Position numbers and translations under genes: made by a program. From Antedon mediterranea (Eukaryota; Animalia; Echinodermata), in NCBI RefSeq assembly GCF_964355755.1, contig NC_092672.1, forward strand, positions 22,953,237 through 23,017,236: a DNA stretch of 64,000 nt, written 5' to 3'. Below are positions 23,911 through 36,480 of the stretch, one piece after another (the first letter of the stretch is position 1; every line of letters begins with the position of its first letter). A model generated the notes under the pieces. The model saw nothing but the letters and a program-made list of their open reading frames with translations. It ran no database searches and was not told the DNA's origin.

Positions 23911-24594
23911 TCGCTGTATGTGGCCTGTACAATACAGACAAATAAATAAATAAATAAATAGATAAACGGTACAGCTTGAAACAAAACAAAGGGATAAAAC
24001 TCAACTGTAATTTAAAATACAATGGAGATCACGGTTAAATCAAAACAACTGTACAGTTCTTGTAAGCTTATAACTACAAATTACCGATCTCTTGACCATA
24101 ATTTTAATGAGGTGGTTCACTTTACAAACTAGTGTATGATATTGTCTTAAAATGAACTAAAATTAGAACCTGAACGTGAACCTGATTCAAGTTGTCATAT
24201 TTTACTACAAGATGCACACTAGGAACAATGTTAACATATGCAAATTAATTACTTGCGAACTTGATTAAGCTTGGATGGTGTAGACATAATTTACATTTAA
24301 GGAGCTTCTCTAATTTGTTTCGGAAAATTTACTTTTTAAATTCTTAAAATGTTGTATGTATCGGCCTGTAGGCCTAATTGTTAGTGTTATTTCTTTTGTC
24401 GAGAAACTACTAGGCCTATATTTGGAAAATCACAAGAAGAGCAGGGCGTAGGATTGTAATTATGTCTGTAATTGAATTTAAACAGGATGCATGTGTTGTC
24501 TTGGTAAAACGCAATCTGCAATATGTATCATTTGCTTCACAAAGAAGATAGCGTTATTCCATCCATAATCCGTACAGGTTACCTACATCTTTAA

Positions 24595-25690
24595 TAAGTC
24601 GTTTGTTATACACAGTTCATTGTTGCTATATTATTATTCATAGAGAGCACTCCCGGATCACTTCATTATTTCTTATAGTATATTTTGAAACAGCTTTAAA
24701 TAATACAATGTTTAACCAGGTTTTATATTTTTTTCTATATATTTGGTATTAATGAAAATAATGTATTTGTTCTGTATATTGGAAAAAATATATAAAAAAG
24801 AAATATATTTACAATGTGATTTTAATTATTTGTATATAATTTGACACACGCACATACAAAGACGCAGACAACTGATGGGTAAACTTTTACTTTGATTAGA
24901 AGAATTTAATATTGGATTTGATATAATAATTCTAATTGTTGTTAATTAGGCCTATAATCACAGACAAAATGAGATTTTAGGCTACAGTAATCATTCATAA
25001 TACCGTAAGCATTAATCTACAAGCACATTTGTCATAAATGTAGGCCATACAACATTGGAATGTTGGTCCTTAACTCGCTGAGATTCTGTATTACCGTAGG
25101 TTAGAGCCTATTTATACACGTATATGCGTAAGCCATGGCGTACGCATTGCGTAGCATACGCCTTGCGTGTGAACTAAGCACTTACTACGCCACGGCCGTG
25201 GCGTTAGATAACGAGCCTAACGCTGTGTCGTTTGTTCCACAGTTCATTGTTGCTTGATAATTTATTCATTCAGAGCACACCGGAACACTTCATTCAATTT
25301 TTCAATAGTATAATACAATTTTTAATAACCAGATTTTAAATTATATTTTGACCAATTAATGATATATTTAATATGTATATTGGACAAAATAAAAAAAGAA
25401 ATATATTTGACATACTATATTATTATTTGAAACAACTAACGGGTAAACTTTACTTTGATTAGAAGAAATAAATGTTTATTTGATTTGATATAATAATTTT
25501 AATATTTGCTACGTCTACTCTAAGACCCGTAAGGTCCGTATTAATGACTGGACTATCTCTGGATTTAGTCTGGACAATCTTTAGTCCTGGACTAAACCAG
25601 TATTAAAATCGGCAAAAGATGTCATGAATAGGCCTCCGGGCCAATGAGATTGTGGCCTACACTATGCAGTCATTCACAGTAAGTATTAAC
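24595..25690. repeat. Diverged local duplication (about 24595-25025 vs 25225-25690) with small MITE-like fragments between and within
   Basis: Shared blocks gtcgtttgtt..cacagttcattgttgct, gggtaaacttttactttgattagaagaa and gatttgatataataatt occur in both halves. Confidence 0.7.
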
Positions 25691-26211
25691 CTCAACAACA
25701 GTCACTGATCGTTTTATATTTTAGTAGGCCTATATAGATATATATATCACATACCAGTCCATAAATAAAATTTAGTCAAAAATATCATAACCAGCAACTA
25801 CAATTGAAAAAACATTCCTGTAAACAAGAAAAACAATTTACAAATATATTAATAAACAACTTCATTTAACAGGTCTGCCTCATTATTTAAGCCCTTAATT
25901 TCAGAACTGAACTTGTCATGTCACACAACAAAGCGGCAAGTACGCCACCAATATTTTGGAACGTAAGTGATAACAGTTATCAGACATTCTAGCACTCTCA
26001 GTTTATTTAACTGTTGATATACTACTTGTTAGCAAAGTGTATTTAGAAGTGATAGTGAGTTGAAAATTACAGTAGGCATGTAAAGATGTCCTATGATTGT
26101 GTAATTGCTATTTTAGGAAACAAATGCAAACTTTACGTCTGTTCTGTTATACTAGTAGGCCTACTTTAACTAAAATCATTGGTAATGTACGTTTGTCTTG
26201 CTAATACTTAA

Positions 26212-26476
26212 AGATGTATTGTCCCACAAAAACATGAAAAATAAAGATTAATTAAATCAGACTTTGAATAGGTTATTTTGTAGTTTTAATAAAGTTAATC
26301 GCTTGAAAAAAAAAATATTTTCACTTAAAAAATAACATAATAAATGGTTAAATTCAACCAAAAATCCATTGGCTGGCAGTCAATTTGACAATTTTTGCTT
26401 AAATACTTTTTTAGATCAAATTTATCATTAAATGGCATATTCAACAACAAAAAAGTTAAAAATTCAGGGGGGACAA
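26212..26476. mobile_element. Kolobok-like MITE, second copy
   Basis: ttaa-AGATGTATTGTCCC start; colinear with 2916-3249; right end eroded (gggacaa). Confidence 0.8.
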
Positions 26477-27089
26477 CGACTGAAATGGGCTCACCCCCAC
26501 AATTAAATAACGTGTACTATTTTCTATAAATCGATAACAATATCAGAAGTAAAATAGGCATACAATATTTTTCCAAACATGCAATTTCGGTAAAAATACA
26601 CACAATACATTTTTCAATAAAAATAGGTAGTCTGTGTAAAAAATAATAATAAAAATATATTAGTTGTTAAGGTTTTTGTTTTTTAATTGTTGATTTTTAT
26701 GTTTGTCTATTGTTTATGGGGCCCTCAAAATGACAACAAAACATAAAAAATGAACAACTTCTTATAGCATGGAGGTATTTATTTTATACCTTCATGTTTA
26801 TAGTACAGTTAAAACTTAAGAAAGCGATAAAATGGCAAGAGGCAATAATAAAAAGATTAAAATGTAGGCCTACAATAAAAATGCAAACATTTTTTTAAAT
26901 TTGGAATAATTAATATAACTTTATAAGTCATTGCAGTCATTTCCCAGGTACGTACTTCTCAAGATCCAGGTCATAGAATGTAGAGTAACTCTTCCTTCAA
27001 CATACGTGTGGCATGATGGCTCATCAAAAAAAGTTCTCAAAATGAAACATGTATTTATGTGGTGAACAAGTTGTTACGTTTGTTACTGG

Positions 27090-27159
27090 TAATATGTTGT
27101 GGTAATAATGTATAGTTTAGTGAATGTTGATAGAAAAAAATGGCGAAATAAATGTAAAG
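27090..27159 (+). promoter_or_regulatory. Possible first (non-coding) exon/TSS region of the plus-strand gene
   Basis: YY1-like AAAATGGCG (27137-27145), then an AAAG|GTACAC donor and a TAGGCCTA-rich tract; linkage to the ankyrin gene is inferred only. Confidence 0.3.
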
Positions 27160-28273
27160 GTACACTCTACTAAACTACTAGGCTAGCCTAGCTAGGCCTA
27201 AATACTACTAGGCCTATAGTCTAGGCCTAGCTAAGCCCTAGGCTAAGTGTCTGTAGGCGTACTTATGTAGGGTGATGTAGGCCTATGGCTATACTAGACA
27301 AAAAGGGTGCTGGAGTATTATAGTATCGTAGAAGGAACAGGTAGGCTGGCCCAGGTCTAGTAAAAGTTAGGCCTATAGCTAGCTAGGCCTAGGTAGGCCT
27401 GTCTTGCTTACTAGGCCTAGTAGGGGTGTGTCGAAAGCGAAGACCTCGAAAGCGAAGATCGAAGACCGAAGACCTCGAAAGCGAAGACCCGGCCTACACG
27501 GTAGTGTACACAAAATCGGACCAAAATCACACACAACTGATGATAACACCTTGAATTTACAGATTCTAAAAAAATATTTCGATTTTAATCGTTATGTTAT
27601 CAAAAAACATGACTTTATCTATGAACAAGTTCACGTGTATTCTCCAATGGAGTTAATATGTGATATGGTTTTACGAACAAACACATCGCGCTATTTGCAA
27701 GGCGACGGACGCACAAGAAGGACATCGCACAGAGCATTGAATTGAATGCAATGCCTACAATTTAAAACCATAGCCAAATTGTATAGAAAAGTATAGAAAT
27801 AAACTACAATATGTAAATTATAAGAAGTAAAGGATTGCGATAGCCCTATTTAGGCTAATTTTAGAGTCTATATAAAAAGTGTCCGTATCATAGATTTTAC
27901 ACTTGTTTTAAAAAATGTTATACGCGTGAATACAACTTAGAGATCCTTTTTTTTTTTGCATTTAAATATGTTGATATTATGTTTATTATCTATAATATTT
28001 GCATATTATCTAAAATGTATGAATAAATACAATAAGATATTCATTTTCCTTTAATTATTCTGTATAGTATTTTAAACGTTTACATTTTCCCCATTTTAGC
28101 CTATACTGCAGTATTGCTGATTTAATTATTCGCCAGTTTAAAAATGTTTTTCTAATAATAATGGACAAATAATATTATCAGTATCGGTTAGTGTGATTGG
28201 TGAAGCGACAGTAATATGTAAAGAAGAAAAATGTAAAAAGTAAAATAAATATTTCATTAACCAACGTATGAAC

Positions 28274-28361
28274 AGCTTGGTTCCCACTAGAACGTAACGC
28301 AAGGACGTAAACGCAAGCGTTTTAACCAATGACAAGCGAAGTTATAGACAGTTAGCAATCA
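28274..28361. mobile_element. PIF/Harbinger-like MITE fragment in the left arm
   Basis: AGCTTGGTTCCCACTAGAACGTAACGCAAG..., absent at the equivalent point of the right arm. Confidence 0.65.
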
Positions 28362-29559
28362 ACAAAAACATCCTGCCGCAACGTATCGTATTGACGCGCA
28401 ACATAAGAAAATACTCTATTTTGCATCCCCTCACGAGAGAATCATTACGATGAACGTAACTGAGGCATAAACGGTGTTGAACACGTCGGCTCCCACTTGT
28501 GAGGACACGCAAGTTTGTTCTTAATGCGCACTTTGCGTGGATCTGGAAACTAATTCCAGCTCTTAAAATATTTCCAGGCCAAATTTGACAGAACATATTC
28601 AAATTATGATTTGACAAAAAGCTAAAAAGAACGAACGATAGGAATCAGCGTTCTGCAAATTTTGGTTATAATCGATCGTTTCCTGCGACATATAATCTGT
28701 TTCACGGCTTCCATAATTTAGAATAACATTTAATTATGCCATTATGTCAACGTTAACAAAGACAAAAGCCATTCAAAACAAAGATTGAAATAAAAAATAT
28801 TCGCTCCAAAATTGTCGATTTTGTTACGGTTGCAATGTGATTAGTGACGATATTAAAACGGGTGTTTATTTATATCGGTATTACGTTTACCGACACTGTC
28901 AAAAGACATTTCCAGTTCCAGACAGTTTAATGAAGTTCCAGTTCCGCCAACCACAATTGTCCTTATCATCAAAGTAAAAAAACTGACTTCTGAAGCATTG
29001 CCCGTGGTGAATACAAAAAAAAGAGTTACTCTCTATACATGTCTTTGTTAAGGATGGTGAATTTTTATCGGGCTTAACCACTCTAACCCCCAACCTTCTA
29101 TCTCACAGGCTTGTGGGATGAGACGACTATTCAACAGTCTCCCGATTTTCAACAGATTGTCGACGTCCCGCTTCTAAATGTTTGCATATCCCTGCCATGA
29201 GTCTCCATTAACAAAAGAAAATATAAATTTAAAAAAAATGAAGAAACAGGTTACCGGATGTATACTGACCATTTAAATATAGAATTGACACTACACAAAC
29301 AAATCTAAGAGAATTATATACTATTATAACGGGTTAACGATCGAGCAAAATCTTCAGAATGTGATGCCTATCGTTCGTTCTACAGTAGGCCTATTAATTT
29401 GAATACAGTATAATTTTTGATTTTGACAATAAAAAGATATAAAATAAAGTTCCGTTAGTTCACGGTAAGCTATTGGGACGAACTGTCATCGGCCCGGGAA
29501 ATATTTTAAGAGCTGAAATTTGTTTTCAGATCGACGCAACGTATCCACGCAAAGTGCAA

Positions 29560-29713
29560 CACAAGGACGTAACGCAACGCAAGTGAATTGACCAATCACA
29601 AGCGATGGCTTATTCGCTTCTGATTACTAACTGTCTATAACTTCGCTTGTCATTGGTTAAAACGCTTGCGTTGCGTGTACGTTCTTGCGTTACGTTCTAG
29701 TGGGAACCAAGCT
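29560..29713. mobile_element. PIF/Harbinger-like MITE fragment in the right arm
   Basis: ...cttgcgttacgttctagtgggaaccaagct end; inverted relative to the 28274 copy. Confidence 0.65.
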
Positions 29714-30982
29714 TAAGGAAATAACCTTGCGTGTCATCACAAGTGGGAATCGACGTGTTCAACACACCGTTTCTGCTTTACGTTCATCATAATGATCTTT
29801 TCGATCGTGAGGGGAGGCAAAATAGATAGATGACTATTTTTCTTTACGTTGCGCATCAATACGATACGTTGTGGCAGGATTTTTTTGTTAGTGGTTTATA
29901 CGTTGGTTAATGAAATATTTATTTTCCTTTTTAAATTTTTCTTTACATAGTAGGCCTACTGTCGTTTCACCAACCACACTAAATATTCTGATACTGATAT
30001 ATTATTTGTCTATTATGAATACATTAGAAAACATTTTGAAACTGGCGATTAAGTAAAACAGCAATAGTATACAATGGGAAAATGTAAAAGTTTAAATACA
30101 ATACAGGAAAATGAATATCTTATTGTATTTATTTATACATTTAGATAATAAACAATAGGCAAATATTATAGATAAAAAACACATAGCAACATATAAAATC
30201 AAAATACGGACACTTTTTATTATAGGCTCTAAAATAAGCCTAAAAAAAGCCTACCGCCATCCTTTACTTCTTACAATTTACTTTATGTAGTTTATTTCTA
30301 TACTTATAAACAATTGGCTATGGGTTTAAATTGTAGGCGACGTGTGCTACAAAGTTATCGGAACAAAAGTGACATTTAATTTTGCATTCAATTCAATGCT
30401 CTGTGCGAGGGCCTTCTTGTGCGTCCGTCGCCTTGCAAATAGCGCGATGTGTTTGTTCGTAAAACCATATCACATATTAACTCCATTGGTGAAAACGCGT
30501 GAGCCTGTTCATAGATAAAGTCATGTTTTTTGATAACGTAACAATTAAAATCGAAATATTTTTTTAGAATCTGTAAATTCAAGGTGTTATCACGATTTTG
30601 TATGATTTTGGTCGGATTTTGTAAACACTACCATTTCGTAGGGTCTTCGCTTTCGAGGTCTTCGGTCTTCGATCTTCGCTTTCGAGGTCTTCGCTTTCGA
30701 CACACCCGGCCTAGTAGGCATATTATTAGGCCTATAGTTAGGATAGATAATCATAGCACTTTTCCTACTGGAATTACGGAAAGACTTGATGATTTTAGGG
30801 GCCAAACCATATCATATAATATAATTATAAATAAAGGAAGTAAATTTGTTAAACATCTTTGTATCAAAATTGATTAAATTCACATCTTTAATGAATGGTG
30901 GCACAGAATAGTTGTAGCTCTGTTGTTAAGAAAGCTAATTGTAATACTGTACTGTACTCCCTGCCCAAATTGGTGGGCTGCT

Positions 30983-31402
30983 TTTTGATGGATTACTTCC
31001 TGGCCTAGCCTTTTGATGGATTACTTCCTGGCCTAGCCTTTTGATGGATTACTTCCTGGCCTAGCCTTTTGATGGATTACTTCCTGGCCTAGCCTTTTGA
31101 TGGATTACTTCCTGGCCTAGCCTTTTGATGGATTACTTCCTGGCCTAGCCTTTTGATGGATTACTTCCTGGCCTAGCCTTTTGATGGATTACTTCCTGGC
31201 CTAGCCTTTTGATGGATTACTTCCTGGCCTAGCCTTTTGATGGATTACTTCCTGGCCTAGCCTTTTGATGGATTACTTCCTGGCCTAGCCTTTTGATGGA
31301 TTACTTCCTGGCCTAGCCTTTTGATGGATTACTTCCTGGCCTACCCTTTTGATGGATTACTTCCTGGCCTAGCCTTTTGATGGATTACTTCCTGGCCTTT
31401 GA
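30983..31402. repeat. 28-bp minisatellite, about 15 copies (ttttgatggattacttcctggcctagcc)
   Basis: Near-identical tandem units. Confidence 0.95.
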
Positions 31403-31930
31403 CGATAAGATGGAAGCAATGGATTAACTGAATAAAGTTTACTTAGAACAGTAGGTGTGTGTTTATAACAAAGAAAGATGAATGTTTTCATTTTTTAGTG
31501 AATTACTGATTCTATTTAACTCAGCTCTGCCTTGAAAATTTCTCCCCACTACATTCAACTCCCAAACATTCAAATATTTGTATACTAATGCCAAGGCATG
31601 ATAACATGCTGCCACAGCTGCCAGCTATACTACAGTATCACCTAGTTTATTTAGCAGGGTTCTGGAATATCAGCAGAAGTTGTAGCAAAGCATCTTGTAT
31701 CTTATGGATGTTACCTTCTGTAGCTATTAAATCAAATCAAAATCACAGGAAGAATGGCAACATTTTATTTTAACATATTTAAAAACACTATATTTAAACT
31801 GTACCTTAGTATATGAACATAATAAAAACTGTAAATCCAGAAGAACAACATAAAAAAGGTAAGTCACAATGTGTAAATCATTCAAAAGTCTGATGGAATA
31901 TGAATTGATGATACAAAATGAATTTAAATA

Positions 31931-32254
31931 TCTTGTCACCTGACCATTGCACAATCTTAGTGAATTCAGTCTTTTATCTCATTTTTATTTACCAAATAAA
32001 GAGTGATTTAAATCCTCACATATTTTCATAGCCTTTGTCAGCTTATTGGGGTTTGATCATGTCATCTGGACTGATTTCAATAATATTTGTTCTTCTTGTC
32101 ACCTGACCATTGCACAATCTTAGTGAATTCAGTCTTTTATCTCATTTTTATTTACCAAATAAAGAGTGATTTAAATCCTCACATATTTTCATAGCCTTTG
32201 TCAGCTTATTGGGGTTTGATCATGTCATCTGGACTGATTTCAATAATATTTGTT
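31931..32254. repeat. Direct tandem duplication of 163 bp
   Basis: tcttgtcacctgacc...caataatatttgtt occurs at 31931 and 32094. Confidence 0.9.
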
Positions 32255-32332
32255 TTTCTCTTTTATTCTCTATCTAGAAAATCATGGCACTTTCAACTTT
32301 TAAATCCCAAAAAATAAAAAAATTATTATAAA

Positions 32333-33963
32333 GGGTCTGTTTCTGCTGCATAACGCAATTTAACCGGTTATTTTAAAATAGATTAAAAATAGATAACAAT
32401 AACAAGACCGCGTTTCTGCTCAATTTGTGCTCCGAAATAACCGGTTAAATCTATGGGTGGTTGTCGAGCAAAACGTCATCATTACCCAAAATGCAATACA
32501 CTCAGACGGAAATAGTAAGTTGTCTGTTTGTTTACATCGACGTCGTCAATACACACGTGTGTATATCGCCGAACATCTCAAACATGTTAAAATAATAAAA
32601 TGTTGTCTACAGGTCTACAAGTTTTGTTTTTTGTAAAGCCTACTTACTGATCGCTAATAAAATTAATTCTCATGGCGCCTTCAATAACATGGGGAGGGTC
32701 GTGCAGCGCCCGATCGCCTAGGATAATTTTTATCTAGCCTAAAATTCCTCTTGAACAAAGACGATGATGATACGGCCCTTCCCACGTGAACGACTGTTGT
32801 CTTTCGCGAGCGCGGTCCTACAAAAAACCAAACGGAAACAAAAACGAGACTTAGAATGTTGCAATACCTACCAAACGAGAGTAGATAATTGTTAATTAAT
32901 TATGAAACCCTAACTTTTATAGCAAAAATCGTCCGAATTTATGTTAAAAACGACGAGTTTAGCCACAAAAACTTAAATCAAACGAGAGTATCCAAGTCAT
33001 AGAATATCGCACGCACATAGTGCCTTTAATAGAATAATGAGTATTAAACATTGTTTCGTATATTTATGTACTAACATAAATAATAACACATTTCTATGCT
33101 TAATAAAATCATATTTAATATAATATTATCAAAGGCTCTCATAACCTTTGTTTTCGGTCGATGTGATGTTTTTCTAAAAAAATTATATAAAACGATCAAA
33201 TTAAGATTGTTCATTGTTCTCCTATTAAAGGCACTAAGGGCGTGCCATAAATACGCTCGTTTGGATTAAGTTTTTGTTGCTAAATTCATAGTTTATAACA
33301 TAAATTCGGATGATTTTTGCTATAAAATTTGGGTTTTCATAATTAATTAACCATTATCAACTATCGTTTGGTAGTATTTGCAACATTCTGAGTCCCTTTT
33401 GTTTCCGTTTTGGTGTTAATATAGGACCATCCATACCCTTCGCGAGCGTGTACTAACGCCTCAAATTGCTTAGCTTGGGTAGTCCCCGGAACTCCACCCC
33501 AAATTCCTCTTTTACTTTCGCAAAAATGCTCTTATTTATTATCTGTGATTCTTTTCTATTGCCTGCCATCCTTCCCCGTACTTTCTCTCCCCCCACAACT
33601 GAATAACATATCTTGTGATTTCATTCATCCACATACATGTTCACTTCTTCGTTCGACTGTCAAAACCACGAGGAAAACACGCACCGTATGCGACGGTGTC
33701 TGACCCGGGGTCACAACTGTCAATCAAATAACCGTTATTTCGTGTTGCAGCTAAGAATTGCTCAGCGATAACCGGTTAAACGGCGTTCTAACACCGATTT
33801 AAATTGGTGTTTTTAACCGGTTATTTTGCGCTGCCTTTTAACCGGTTACCACAAATGTGTCCTGTTTCTGCTGCCAAGAAAATGGAGTTAATTTATTCAC
33901 ACCGATTTTAATTTATTCACACCGATTTTAACCGGTTATTTTTTATGCAGCAGAAACAGGCCC
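32333..33963. mobile_element. PIF/Harbinger non-autonomous element with a Myb/SANT remnant
   Basis: TIR GGG(T/C)CTGTTTCTGCTGCATAA; 3-bp AAA flanks; repeated taaccggtta subterminal motifs; minus-strand WMNEITRYVIQLWGE at about 33590-33635. Confidence 0.8.
32814..33428. mobile_element. Nested foldback MITE (about 220-bp inverted arms)
   Basis: ggtccta...caaacggaaac...tagtgcctttaatag is mirrored by ctattaaaggcacta...gtttccgttt...taggacc. Confidence 0.75.
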
Positions 33964-34257
33964 AAACACTCATGTATAGAATTTGTCAAATTTTATATAA
34001 ATATTTATTAACATAGTAAATAAGTCAATACAGTAATTGTGTCATATTTGTTGTGATTGTTTGTTATCCAAACATGATAAATATTTGTATACATTACCTT
34101 TTTTTTTATTCATCATTAATGATCATAACAGTTTAAATTTGTAACTTATCATCTAGATTTTTCCTCCTTCACTGTAAATGAAATGATAAAATGCACTTTG
34201 TGAAGTGAAACAAATTAATGTAATAAAATTAACTTAATGAAATAAATTAAATCAATA

Positions 34258-35348
34258 AACTAGACATGGAACTCGTCACTTGACGACGAGTTTGGTTATC
34301 CGCCCGCAACAAAACGTATCTTGCGCATTCAATTACTTTTCAGTTATGACTTTTCCAAAAAGTATCCTATTCAAAATTAAAACTGCCTTTTCGGTGTAAT
34401 AACCAAATAAATCTTTTTATTTAATTGTTTTCGCCTGATGAGATTCGAACCCGGTACCTCTGATATCAAAGGCGGTTGCACTACACATCGAGCCATATGA
34501 GCACCTGCTGAAGAAAATCCGAAGAAAGATTACTCGTTCACTCGTGAACCCTTCGATGAAAGTTGATTATTACATACCGAACTAATCATAATTTTTACTA
34601 TTATAAAATCTTCACAAATTTTAAACAGTGACATATTATGAAAGTTTATGAAGTTTCATATATTACAATATGAAGAAAAAAGATAAACGTTATGTTTATT
34701 GTTTTGTTTTTTGAAAATGTTATTGTTGGTTTGATTGTAAAAATTTCAAAAATTATATTTAATATGCAAATAATGTAGCCATCAAACACGTTTTAACATT
34801 CAACAATATAATAAATCACATCTATGATTCATACACTGCAACAAAATAAAATAAAAAATAGGGGTAACCTTGCATTCTGATGAACTGTATCGTTTTTAAA
34901 AGTAGACATATTTTGCAACATTTTCACAATTTTTTAACGTTTAACGTGCGCAACCAGTCATGTTTAAAGTACTCGTAGAACGTCATCTCGAGTTGACTAG
35001 TGAATAAAATAACATAAAATTGTTAACGGAAGTTTGAAAAACACAATTAATGTAAAAGAAATGCTCATACGCGTTCCCTGTGCCGTGCGCGCGTAAAAAT
35101 GTTATGTTAAATACGCGAAATTTATAAAATCGCGCGAAAGTCACGTTGCACAGTTGCAAACGTCGTGAAAACCTTCACTGCACAACTTCATTGAATGGCG
35201 ATATGTTGAGAAAATTACGAATCGTTATGTTTGCAAGTTTTAGAGATACGCGTGACACAAAAATTACAGAAAGAAGAATAGGGGAAAAAAAAATATGATT
35301 TCGTACAATCACAAGAGGTTATCCAGCAACTTCGTTGCGGATAACCAA
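34258..35348 (-). mobile_element. Helentron/HINE-like non-autonomous element
   Basis: Subterminal IR ggttatccgc/gcggataacc; hairpin actcgtc..gacgagt next to a CTAGTT end; short hairpin gcaac..gttgc at the other end. Confidence 0.65.
34431..34502 (-). pseudogene. tRNA-derived sequence (pseudo-tRNA or SINE head)
   Basis: Minus strand TGGCTCGATGTG (A-box-like) and GGTTCGAATC (B-box) at tRNA spacing; acceptor and anticodon stems do not pair cleanly. Confidence 0.6.
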
Positions 35349-36480
35349 TTTAAACTTTACTTAGATTACAAATACTGCCACCAGTGTCCCAACATTTGAG
35401 ATCACTTCTTTCTTATAAATATACTGCCACCAATGTAAGCTTATTTGTTATCTTTGCTGTTCTATATTTGTAATCAATACAAAGGTTAAAGTTTAAATAT
35501 TACCTTTTTATGGATTCTCTCCCTACAGTGTTGAGCCTAATCTAATACTGTTTTACTTAAATTGTACAAAGGGTTCTTAAAGGTTATCCACATGTCTAAA
35601 TTAGACGGAAGTTTTTCAATTCAATTGTTATTTACAGTTTTGCTGTAAGAAATTGATAGGTTGCTAATTTAAATTGATTTAACAAAGTTACGAATGTGAA
35701 TTGAGATTGTTCCAAATGGCTGGAATGACATAAGAGAGTTACAATGGACAAAAGGGATACAGAAAGTGGGGAAATCTCTTCTTTGATTAATAAAGTATTA
35801 CAGACAAAAACGTTTCATTATTTTGTGTTTTGGCCTAGAGGGCGTTGTTAGGAATTGTGTTGTTAATTGTTCAAACATTTTAAAAGATTACTTTGTACTG
35901 TTCATATTTATTTTACAGGGTGTGAGTGAGTGTAGCTACTGTATGATACAAAGTCCAATGTTATTGAACTTCCTTCAATACAGACTTGTAAACAATTGAC
36001 TATTTTGTAATTTGCACATTTTGAGCTTTGCTGTCATGTGACTATACAATCACTCAAATTTTAAATAAAATCATGAAATTCATTTTTAAACATTTAATTT
36101 GATTTATTCACCATGTGACATGATCAAAAGGAAAAATCAATATGCATCTGTAGTATAAGATGCTTTATTAAAATGTCATTATAGCACACGGGAGAATTGG
36201 AAGTAAAGTTTCACAATAGTAAAAAATAGTTGAAATGGTAAATCATACAAAATGAAAAATCTATACAAAATTAACAAATCAGGATAACAAGAAACAAACA
36301 TGATACAAATAAGATAACAATTTATTTGACATTGACATTATCTTATATTATGACCTTTGGATTTTCTATTTATTTTACCTTGTCTTTAACCAATATTACA
36401 TTTGAAATTGTAGGGCAATGATAAAATGAAAGCAAACATTAAATCATGTGACTTTGAATACTTGATTGACGCAGACAATA

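Larger units (their letters stand above)
27424..30707. mobile_element. Mutator-like (MULE) foldback element, about 1.25-kb inverted arms
   Basis: GGGTGTGTCGAAAGCGAAGACC...GGTCTTCGCTTTCGACACACCC termini; 10-bp TSD GGCCTAGTAG (27414-27423 / 30708-30717); arms about 27424-28690 and 29335-30707 give the mirror ORFs 27404+ and 30388-/30590-. Confidence 0.85.

Noticed and set aside
23726-24022. 98-aa ORF as a secreted host peptide gene
   Set aside because: It is colinear with downstream 2A-like, PHD and APE motifs, so it is better explained as the 5' end of a decayed LINE.
27404-30877. Mirror ORFs 27404-27745 and 30388-30877 as duplicated genes
   Set aside because: They are the two arms of one inverted-repeat transposon, with no domain signature.
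34431-34502. Functional tRNA gene
   Set aside because: Acceptor and anticodon stems do not pair and it lies within a repeat; kept only as tRNA-derived.
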